Shown piece by piece: positions 51,189 through 58,840 of a stretch of 64,000 nt of DNA. A program made the position numbers and the translations under genes. The stretch is taken from the NCBI GenBank assembly GCA_038214295.1, contig JBBQSA010000015.1, forward strand, positions 174 through 64,173, read 5' to 3'. Numbering within the stretch: the stretch's first letter is position 1; the number at the start of each line of letters is the position of its first letter. The notes beneath the pieces are model-generated. The model searched no databases. It saw only the letters and a list, made by a program, of their open reading frames with translations, and was not told where the DNA came from. The stretch is from Gammaproteobacteria bacterium. Its GTDB lineage: Bacteria > Pseudomonadota > Gammaproteobacteria > Steroidobacterales > GCA-2729495.

Positions 51189-52391
51189 ATGAAAGACTCC
51201 CTCCCCTGCCTTGTCAAATCAGCGCCCATGCCCCCGGAAGCCCCGCCCCTAACTGCCGCCGATCTGCACGCGACCTGCCGGGCCTTCGCGGAGGCCAGCA
51301 CCCTGCCCGCGGCCGTCTACACCGCGCCGGCAATTCTCGCGCTGGACCAGGCCGGGATCTTCGGCAAGACCTGGCTCTGCGCCGGGCGCGAGGCCGACCT
51401 GCCCGCGCCGGGCGATTTCTTCACCCGCGAGATCGCCGGCGACTCCGTGATCGTGGTGCGCGGCGCCGATAGCCGGGTGCGGGCCTTCTTCAACGTGTGC
51501 CGGCACCGGGGCTCCCGGCTGATCGATGCCGCAGCAGGCCGGGGCCTGCACCGGATCCTCTGCCCCTACCACGCCTGGAGCTACCAGCTGGACGGCAGCC
51601 TGGCCCAGGTCCCGGGCGCTGGCGGCGCTCGCGGGAATGACGCGGGGCTCGACCGGGCGGCGCTCGGCCTCACGCCCGTCCACGCCGGTATCCACGAAGG
51701 CTTCATCTTCCTGAACCTGGACAGCGCGCCGCCACCTCTGGCCCTGCAGCTTGAAGACCTGCCGGACCTGGGGCGCTTCCGCCTGCCGGAACTGCGCCGC
51801 GGCTGGCACTGCACTTATGACGTGCAGGCCAACTGGAAGCTGGTCTGCGAAAACTACAGCGAGTGCTACCACTGCCCGGTGGCCCACCCGCAGCTCGCGC
51901 GGATCAGCGACCTGATCAGCCGGGGTACCCGGCCGATGGAGATCGGCGCGGGCTTCAACGGCGGCCCCATGCAGCTGAAGGACGGCATCGAGACCATGTC
52001 CCTGAGCGGCAGGCGCAGCGTGCCACCGATCCCCGGCCTGTCCGCCGACGACCACCGGCACGTCTACTACTACGTGATCTATCCGAACCTGCTGCTGAGC
52101 CCCCACCCGGACTACTTGCTCACCCACACAGTGTGGCCGCTGGCGGCCGACCGGAGCCGGGTGGAGTGCGAGCTGCTCTTCACCGCGGAAGCGCTTGCCA
52201 GTCCCGGCTTCGATCCCGCCGACATGGCGGACTTCTGGGACCTGACCAACCGGCAGGACTGGGCGCTCTGCGAACGGGCCCAGAAGGGCGCGGGCTCCCG
52301 GGGCTACCGCCCTGGCCCCTACCAGCCCGCCGAGGACTGCGTGCACGTCTTCGACCGCTGGTACGCCGAGCGGCTAGCCGCCCTGCTCTGA
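51189..52391 (+). CDS. Rieske [2Fe-2S] aromatic-ring-hydroxylating oxygenase alpha subunit (third, more divergent copy)
   Basis: Only the last ~400 codons of the 1060-aa track ORF are credible. Start is ATG 51189 or 51228 (neither has a clear SD). Rieske motif: CRHRGSRL...CPYHAWSY. Iron ligands: ENYSECYHCPVAHP. Confidence 0.75.
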   Translation: MKDSLPCLVKSAPMPPEAPPLTAADLHATCRAFAEASTLPAAVYTAPAILALDQAGIFGKTWLCAGREADLPAPGDFFTREIAGDSVIVVRGADSRVRAFFNVCRHRGSRLIDAAAGRGLHRILCPYHAWSYQLDGSLAQVPGAGGARGNDAGLDRAALGLTPVHAGIHEGFIFLNLDSAPPPLALQLEDLPDLGRFRLPELRRGWHCTYDVQANWKLVCENYSECYHCPVAHPQLARISDLISRGTRPMEIGAGFNGGPMQLKDGIETMSLSGRRSVPPIPGLSADDHRHVYYYVIYPNLLLSPHPDYLLTHTVWPLAADRSRVECELLFTAEALASPGFDPADMADFWDLTNRQDWALCERAQKGAGSRGYRPGPYQPAEDCVHVFDRWYAERLAALL

Positions 52392-52868
52392 CGCCGCCTC
52401 CCGCTCCAGCCGGAAACAGGTGCCCGTCTCCGCGGGCCAGGCCCGGCTGACGCCGAGCGCACGGTCGTAGGTAAGGCCCGTGCCGAGCGCCGCCGCGGTC
52501 GACGCCGCGACGCCCACCAGCAGCAGCCAGGCGAGCAGCAGCGGACCCGGAGCCCGGTGCCGGGTGCGATAAACCGCGATCCCGGCAATCAGCGACGACC
52601 ACCAGGTCACGGCACCGGAGCGCCGGTGGATGATGGTGGCCGCGATGGCGTCGGCGTCGCACTGGGCAGCGAGGTAGTCCACGAAGCCGCTGGCGATGGA
52701 CGCCAGGGCAAACCCGGAGCCGATCCACACGTTCCAGCGGGCGGCCGCGAGGACGCTGCCGGCCCAGGGACGGTCACCAGCCAGCGCACCGATGAAAAAC
52801 AGCACGACGCCCAGCAGGATCAGGGCGACGGCGAAGTGCACGACGTAGGGGTGCAGCTGCGTGAGCAT
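52374..52868 (-). CDS. DUF2231-like membrane protein
   Basis: 164 aa starting MLTQLHPYVVHFAVALILLGVVLF..., with four hydrophobic helices. The pattern is recalled from DUF2231 family members. Confidence 0.55.
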   Translation of the reverse strand: MLTQLHPYVVHFAVALILLGVVLFFIGALAGDRPWAGSVLAAARWNVWIGSGFALASIASGFVDYLAAQCDADAIAATIIHRRSGAVTWWSSLIAGIAVYRTRHRAPGPLLLAWLLLVGVAASTAAALGTGLTYDRALGVSRAWPAETGTCFRLEREAASEQGG

Positions 52869-52913
52869 GGCGGTAGTTACGATAGCAGCTGACGGGGCAA
52901 ACGCGCCCGCAGC

Positions 52914-54044
52914 TCACCTAAAATGCGGCGGCAGCCAGCCCCGTTCGACGCATTCCCGGAAGCTCCAGGCCGGCGTCGTCTCGGTGCGGTAGCTCCAGAA
53001 GAACCAGCCCCGGTAGCGCTCGAAGGCGTGCAGCTGCGCGGCCCCGTAGGCCCGGTACGCCGCCTGCTCCGCGGCGGGGTCCAGGTTCTCGAGCGCGTGG
53101 TTGAAGGGGCCCTCGGCCCACAGGGACACCGCGCGCAGGTCGAGTCCCAGGCTCCATTCGCCCGCAATCGCGGGCAGGCCCAGCTCGCGCTGGATCTCGT
53201 CGGCCTCGTTCCGCCAGAGCACGCCCGCCTTGCGCAGGTGCCCGGCCATGTCGAGGTCCAGATCCGTCCTCTCGAAGCACTGGTAGCGATGCACGTCGAA
53301 GAGCACGTTCCGGAAGTCGGGCGGCTTGAGGAAGCCAAGGTACTCCCGGTGGGAGCGGGAGCCGTCATGCAGGAGCACCGCCACCTGCGCCGGGTCGCAG
53401 TGATTGCGGATCGCGCTGTAGGCCTGCAGGTAATAGGTCTTGAGGATCTCCGTGGGCACGTCCCAGCGGGGATCGTTGAGCATCTGGATGCCGAACAGCG
53501 CGGGCGACGCCCGGTAGCGGGCCGCCAGCCGCTCCAGTACCTCGACCGAGTGCGCCAGGTATTCCTCGCGGGTGTGCCAGTCGCAGACGCCCAGCATGCC
53601 GCCGTTGTCGAAGCCGTTCTGGCAGCCGGGCGCCGCGTGCAGATCCAGCACCACGCGCAGGCCGGTTTCAGCGGCCCACTCCAGCGCCCGGTCGAGCACC
53701 TCGATACCGCCCTCGACGAAGGGCTGCTGGTCGCTGCCGTACTTGGGGTGCCAGGGATAGGGGGAGCCGAAGATCCAGTGGCCGAGCGGGATGCGCACCG
53801 CGTTGATCCCGACGCCCGCGAGCCAGGCGAAATCCTCCCGCGTGATGAAGCTGTCCCAGTGCTGCCGGAGCCGGGGCGCCGCGTCCCGGCCAAGCTCCAC
53901 ACTCCAGGTGGTCTCGTCGGTGGCCGCGAGCCCCGCGAAGAGGCTGGGCGTCATCCACTTCTCCAGCACAAGCCAGCCCCCGAGGTTTACGCCCCGGAGG
54001 GCAGTTGCCGGGCCGGCCCCAGGCGCCTGACTGGATGACGCCAC
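52914..54044 (-). CDS. Glycoside hydrolase family 5 (exo-beta-1,3-glucanase-like)
   Basis: 376 aa with a GTG start. Motifs: RGVNLGGWLVLEKWMTPSLF, VVLDLHAAPGCQNG, and catalytic-region IAGEWSL. No signal peptide seen. Confidence 0.75.
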   Translation of the reverse strand: MASSSQAPGAGPATALRGVNLGGWLVLEKWMTPSLFAGLAATDETTWSVELGRDAAPRLRQHWDSFITREDFAWLAGVGINAVRIPLGHWIFGSPYPWHPKYGSDQQPFVEGGIEVLDRALEWAAETGLRVVLDLHAAPGCQNGFDNGGMLGVCDWHTREEYLAHSVEVLERLAARYRASPALFGIQMLNDPRWDVPTEILKTYYLQAYSAIRNHCDPAQVAVLLHDGSRSHREYLGFLKPPDFRNVLFDVHRYQCFERTDLDLDMAGHLRKAGVLWRNEADEIQRELGLPAIAGEWSLGLDLRAVSLWAEGPFNHALENLDPAAEQAAYRAYGAAQLHAFERYRGWFFWSYRTETTPAWSFRECVERGWLPPHFR

Positions 54045-54048
54045 GGGT

Positions 54049-54804
54049 TCAGTCCTCGGGCAAGCGGTTCAGCTGCGCACGGCTCGCCTGCCAGTCCGGC
54101 AGGAACCGGTCAAGGAAGCCGTAGAAGCGGCTGTTGTGCCCGCGCTCAAGCAGGTGGACGAGTTCGTGGACAAGCACGTACTCGACGCAGGCCGGCGGCT
54201 TCTTCGCGAGCTCCGTGCTGAGCCAGATACGCCCGGCGCGGGTATTGCACGATCCCCAGCGCGTCCTCATGCGCCGCACGCCCCAGTCCGTGACGGTGAC
54301 GCCGATCACCGGCTGCCAGCGGTCGAGCAGCGGGGGAACGAGTGCGCGCAGCTGGTCCCGGTACCAGCCGTAGAGCAGCGCCTCGCGCTGAGCCGTGGTG
54401 GCGGCCGGGCGGACGCGGAGCTCGAGCCCGGCCTCCGCACACAGCCGGACCCGGGCGGCGCCCGGCTGCTCCACGACGGCGAGCGGGTATGCCTGCCCCA
54501 GGAACGGGTGGCGCTCCCCGCTGACCATCGCCACCGGCCGGACCGGTGGCCGGGCCGCGAGGCGGGCCTGCTGCTGGCGGATCCAGCGCTGCTTGTCGGC
54601 AACGAAGCGACGGATCACGTCCTCGCTGACCCGGGACGGTGCCGAGACGCGCACCGGGCCGTCGGGCGAACTGACGACGAGGCGCAGTGTGCGGATCGGC
54701 TTGCGCAGGACCTGCACCGCAAGGCCGTCGACCTGAATTTCACGGGATGCTTCGGACCACACCCGGGTGAGTCTAGCGAATAGTCCGGCTGTCGGCCGCG
54801 CCAA
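54049..54804 (-). CDS. YgjP-like (DUF45/SprT-like, M48-type HExxH) metal-dependent hydrolase
   Basis: 251-aa ORF (TTG at 54804; the true start may be internal). Signature: RWGSCNTRAGRIWLSTELAKKPPACVEYVLVHELVHLLERGHNSRF. Confidence 0.7.
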   Translation of the reverse strand: MARPTAGLFARLTRVWSEASREIQVDGLAVQVLRKPIRTLRLVVSSPDGPVRVSAPSRVSEDVIRRFVADKQRWIRQQQARLAARPPVRPVAMVSGERHPFLGQAYPLAVVEQPGAARVRLCAEAGLELRVRPAATTAQREALLYGWYRDQLRALVPPLLDRWQPVIGVTVTDWGVRRMRTRWGSCNTRAGRIWLSTELAKKPPACVEYVLVHELVHLLERGHNSRFYGFLDRFLPDWQASRAQLNRLPED

Positions 54805-54878
54805 CCGGGGGGCGTCGACCGGTCCGGGCGCCTCTGTTAGCGTTGCCTGTCGCCGACCAGCAACGCACCGGAGCCCCC

Positions 54879-55487
54879 ATGAACCAGACCGCAGCGCTTA
54901 CCGCAGGGACCGAAGCCGATCCCCAGCGCTTCTTCTGGTACGGCGTGTGGGTGGTGATCATGGTGGCCTCGGGCCTGCCGCTGCTCGGCCTCGTCCGCCT
55001 GCCAAACCTGCTGGGCTACCTGCCCACGCTGGTCATCCACGAGATGGCGGCGTTCCTGTACTTCGGCCACACCTTCTTCAGCAACATCTGGGCTCTGCAG
55101 ATCCGCCTCACCCAGCCTCCCGCCATCGGCGTCTGGGCCCGCGGGTTCCTCCGCAAGCTGTGCCTGGGCGTCACGGCGCCGACCGCCGTGATCACCCCGC
55201 TCTTCGGCCTGATGCTGATCGAGGACTGGGGCGGCCTCCTGAACGTGCCCTGGGCCTGGGACGCCTACTTCGTGTTCTGGCTCATGGCGGGCTTCAGCGT
55301 GGTGCCGGACGTGATCCGCTACGGCCGTAACCGCAACGCCGGCGATCCCCGCCATGGCCTGAAGAGTGGTGGCGTGCGCGGCATGCTCGCCCTGGTCGCC
55401 ACGCTCTATATCCTGATCTGGTGCATGATCATGAAGGGCAGCCTGTTCGCGGGGCCGGTGCAGGCGCTGCTCGGCGTCGGGAGCTGA
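54879..55487 (+). CDS. Integral membrane protein (DUF2269-like)
   Basis: ATG at 54879 behind GGAG, with 4-5 hydrophobic helices. The family assignment is from memory and is weak. Confidence 0.45.
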   Translation: MNQTAALTAGTEADPQRFFWYGVWVVIMVASGLPLLGLVRLPNLLGYLPTLVIHEMAAFLYFGHTFFSNIWALQIRLTQPPAIGVWARGFLRKLCLGVTAPTAVITPLFGLMLIEDWGGLLNVPWAWDAYFVFWLMAGFSVVPDVIRYGRNRNAGDPRHGLKSGGVRGMLALVATLYILIWCMIMKGSLFAGPVQALLGVGS

Positions 55488-55500
55488 CCGCGGACCGGGT

Positions 55501-55537
55501 GACATCCACTGTCGATGTGCACGCCGACAGTGATGTC
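55501..55537. terminator. Hairpin between convergent genes (possible bidirectional terminator, no T-run)
   Basis: Arms gacat-c-cactgtcg (55501-55514) and cgacagtg-atgtc (55525-55537) form 13 bp with a one-base bulge and a 10-nt loop. Confidence 0.4.
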
Positions 55538-55540
55538 CGG

Positions 55541-56689
55541 CTACGGATGGAATCCCGACGGGCCCGGCGGCGCGCCGAGCCGGCTGCGGAACTGCGTGGT
55601 GTCCTGGGCGTTCACAGCACCGTTACAGTTCATGTCCGCCTTGTTATAGGTCGGGGCAACGCTGGGCTGTCCCAGCTGGGCGCGGAAGAGCGTCGTGTCC
55701 TGGGCATTTGTGACCCCGTTGCCGGTGCCCGGGCCCAGGTCGCCGTCGCAGAGGTTTCCATAGCCGTCGCCGTCGCTGTCGCACTGGCTGGCGTTGGCCA
55801 GCCCGCTGCAGTTGTCGATGCCATTAAGCACGCCGTCCCCATCGCTGTCGACCGAGGGCACCAGGTGGCCGTTGCGAAACACGAAGAAGTAGTTGTTCAG
55901 GATTGCGTTGGCGCCACCGAGCGGATTGGCCAGCGTCGCCACATCTCCCGGCAGGCCCGTGACCAGCGAAAAGCCCGCGAGGGCAGTGTACGCGTCGGCA
56001 TCGGACGTGCCGTAGCGCACGCGCAGGTAGAAGTCGCCGGTATTGCCCGCTGAGTACAGGACGATCTGGGTGGCAATCTGGGGGTTGATGTTGAAGTCAT
56101 CATCGATCCACGTCACCGCGAAGGCCGGGACGCGGCCCGCTGCCGTGTAGGGTTCAATGGGATCCGCGGTGGCGCGGAAGTAACTGGAGCCGCCGCCAAA
56201 CGGGGCAAACTGCGTGATGGGCCCGGACGGCACCGCCAGGTTGGCGTAGAACGGCGCGATGAAGGGCCGCGTGACGGTGCCGTTCGCCGTGATGATCTGT
56301 TGCAGGGCCGAAATACTGGCCGCCGCCGAAAAGGTGGTGCCGGGGAGCGCGGATCCGAAGGTGACGAAGCCGTTGTTGTTGATGAACAGCGAGTCATAGG
56401 ACGTCGTGCCGATCTTGATCGTGAAGCCCAGCTTGGTTTCTCCACTGGAGTTTCCCGTGAACGTGACGCCGCAGGATCCGGGCAGTTGCGACAGGGCGCC
56501 GCAGACCGTGGCGTCGGACGTGAGGACCCAGGAGTCCCCGGCCGAGGTCACGTCGCCGGTCTCGCCGCCAAAGTCGATCGAGACACGGGGCCGGGCGTGC
56601 ACCTGGGGCGCCAGTCCCAGAAGGCCGATGACGGCCAGCGCGGCCAAGGCCGCTGTCCAGCGGCTGCAAAGGGTTGTGTGGGGCTGCAT
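55541..56689 (-). CDS. Secreted protein with thrombospondin-type-3 (Ca-binding) repeats and a dockerin-like C-terminal module
   Basis: 382 aa with the signal peptide ...LAALAVIGLLGLAPQVHA. Repeat region: DSDGDGVLNGIDNCSGLANASQCDSDGDGYGNLCDGD. Then two copies of ..NAQDTT.FR..LG. Confidence 0.65.
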   Translation of the reverse strand: MQPHTTLCSRWTAALAALAVIGLLGLAPQVHARPRVSIDFGGETGDVTSAGDSWVLTSDATVCGALSQLPGSCGVTFTGNSSGETKLGFTIKIGTTSYDSLFINNNGFVTFGSALPGTTFSAAASISALQQIITANGTVTRPFIAPFYANLAVPSGPITQFAPFGGGSSYFRATADPIEPYTAAGRVPAFAVTWIDDDFNINPQIATQIVLYSAGNTGDFYLRVRYGTSDADAYTALAGFSLVTGLPGDVATLANPLGGANAILNNYFFVFRNGHLVPSVDSDGDGVLNGIDNCSGLANASQCDSDGDGYGNLCDGDLGPGTGNGVTNAQDTTLFRAQLGQPSVAPTYNKADMNCNGAVNAQDTTQFRSRLGAPPGPSGFHP

Positions 56690-56778
56690 GGAGGAACCTC
56701 CGGATCTGGTAGTGGCTGGTTAGCGGTACTCTAATTAGCACAGAATATGGGCCCGGCGGAGCCTGGATTATCCTCGCC

Positions 56779-58821
56779 ATGCGTTATGTCGCCTTCATCA
56801 GCTACAGCCACGTGGACGCCGACTGGGCCCGCTGGCTACACCGGGCGATAGAGCGTTACCGTCTCCCTGCGTCTCTACGGGAGCGCGCCACGCAGGCGGG
56901 CGCCCGGGCCAGTGCCCTCACGCCCGTGTTCCTGGACCGGGAAGAGCTCTCCTCGTCCGCCGACCTCGCCACGACGGTGCGGACCGCGCTCGAACAGTCT
57001 GCCGCGCTGATTGTCGTCTGCTCGCCCGCTGCGGCCCGGTCCCGCTGGGTCAACGAGGAGATCCGCAGCTTCAAGGCCCTGGGCCGGGAAAGCCGCATCC
57101 TGTGCCTGATCGTGGCCGGAGAGCCCGGCGGCGGCGTTGCCGCGGACGACTGCTTCCCGGCGGCCCTGCGCTACCAGGTGGTGGACGGTCAGGTGACTGA
57201 ACTGCCCGGCCCCGAACCCCTCGCAGCGGATGTCCGTCCGGGCGCCGACCATCGGCGCGATGCCAAGCTCAAGCTCATCGCCGCACTCCTGGGCGTCAAC
57301 CTCGATGACCTGCGGCAGCGGGAGCAGGCCCAGCGGCAGCGGCGCCTGGCGATCATCGCCGGGGCGACGACCGTCGGCTGTGTGGTGCTGGGCGCCCTGG
57401 CGCTCACCGCGTGGCTTGCCCGCAATGAAGCCGAACGGCAGCGGCAGGTCGCCGTGCGGAAATCCCTCACCGCCGAGCGCACGACAGAGTTCATCGTGTC
57501 GCTCTTTGCGGTGTCGGATCCGAGCGAAGCCCGCGGGAATGTCATCACCGCCCGGGAAATTCTCGACCGGGGTGCACGGCAGATTGACGCCGGGCTGGAG
57601 GGCGAGCCCATCGTGCGGGCCGAACTCGCCACGACGCTGGGCCAGGTCTACTACGGCCTGGGACTGTACACGCAGGCATCAGAACTCCTGGACAAGGGCC
57701 GCTCAGCCGCGGTCCAGGACCCGCGGCTGCTGGGTCGCCAGGCCGTCGCCCTGGCGGATGTGGCCGCGGCCCAGGGCGACTACGCCAGGGCGGAGGCGTT
57801 GTATGCCGAGGCTGAAGGCCACACGGCTGAAGCCAGCCCCGTGGACCTGCAGACCGAGGGCCGCGCGCTGATCGGGCGCGGCGATACCGCAAGCAGGCAG
57901 GAGCGCTTTGCGGACGCCCAGCAATTCTTCGACAGGTCGTTGGCACTTGCCCGGGAGCCCGGTGCCCCAGCCGATCTGGCGGCCCGTGCACTCGAGGGCA
58001 TTGCCCTTGTGAAGGTCTATGCGGGCGACACCTCGGCGGCACTCGACTGGTACGGCAAGGCACTTGCCGAGCGCACACGTGTTTCAGGCAGCAATCATCC
58101 CAACGTGGGGCAGATCCTGGCCAACATGGGCGCCACGACCTATCTCCGCGGCGAGAGTGCGCAGGCCGAAGGCTACATGCTGCGGGCGCTGGCCGTGGAC
58201 AGGCTCGTGCTGGGCCCGGAGCACCCGGATGTCGCGATCAGCATGAATACCCTGGGACGATTGCGCCTCGAGCAACGGCACTTCGCGGAGGCACGGCAGA
58301 TGCTTGCCGAGTCAGTCGCCATCCTTGACCGGAAGCTGCCGCCGGACCATGAAGATCTGACCTTCCCCCTGAGCAATCTCGCCCTCGCCGCGCTGGGCCA
58401 GGGAGATGCCGGCGCGGCAGAGCCCTTGCTTGCACGGAGCCTCCGGGCAGCCGTCGCGAACGGGCAGGACGGCAACCGGGGGATGGTGCTTACGTACCTG
58501 GCCGATCTCGAGTGCCGGACTGACCGCGCGCCGCAGGCTCTCGATCGTCTCGCCACGGCCCGGCCCCTGGTCCAGGCGCAGTACCCGGACGATCCCTGGC
58601 GGAACGCCCTGGTGGACAACGTGGAGGCCGGCTGCCTGATGGAACTCAAGCGCTACCGGGAGGCCGAGGTGCTGGCCACCCGCAGCCTGCCAGTGCTGCT
58701 GAAGCGGTGGCCCGCAGCGTCGCTGTACGGCGCCGATGCCCTGGAACGTTCCCGGCGGCTCTACCAGCGGACCGGCAATGGCCCCAAACTCGGCGAAATC
58801 GCCCGGCTTGCCGGAAAATGA
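56779..58821 (+). CDS. TIR-domain protein with one transmembrane helix and a C-terminal TPR array
   Basis: 680 aa. TIR pattern: MRYVAFISYSH, VFLDREEL, SAALIVVCSPAAARSRWVNEEI (WxxE with candidate catalytic Glu). Linker: PLAADVRPGADHRRDAKLKLIAALLGV. TM: LAIIAGATTVGCVVLGALALTAWL (about nt 57346-57417). About 450 aa of TPR-like repeats follow (..LGQVYYGLGLYTQASELL.., ..MNTLGRLRLEQRHFAEARQML..). Confidence 0.75.
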   Translation: MRYVAFISYSHVDADWARWLHRAIERYRLPASLRERATQAGARASALTPVFLDREELSSSADLATTVRTALEQSAALIVVCSPAAARSRWVNEEIRSFKALGRESRILCLIVAGEPGGGVAADDCFPAALRYQVVDGQVTELPGPEPLAADVRPGADHRRDAKLKLIAALLGVNLDDLRQREQAQRQRRLAIIAGATTVGCVVLGALALTAWLARNEAERQRQVAVRKSLTAERTTEFIVSLFAVSDPSEARGNVITAREILDRGARQIDAGLEGEPIVRAELATTLGQVYYGLGLYTQASELLDKGRSAAVQDPRLLGRQAVALADVAAAQGDYARAEALYAEAEGHTAEASPVDLQTEGRALIGRGDTASRQERFADAQQFFDRSLALAREPGAPADLAARALEGIALVKVYAGDTSAALDWYGKALAERTRVSGSNHPNVGQILANMGATTYLRGESAQAEGYMLRALAVDRLVLGPEHPDVAISMNTLGRLRLEQRHFAEARQMLAESVAILDRKLPPDHEDLTFPLSNLALAALGQGDAGAAEPLLARSLRAAVANGQDGNRGMVLTYLADLECRTDRAPQALDRLATARPLVQAQYPDDPWRNALVDNVEAGCLMELKRYREAEVLATRSLPVLLKRWPAASLYGADALERSRRLYQRTGNGPKLGEIARLAGK

Positions 58822-58840
58822 TGCGAGGGAGAACTCTGCC

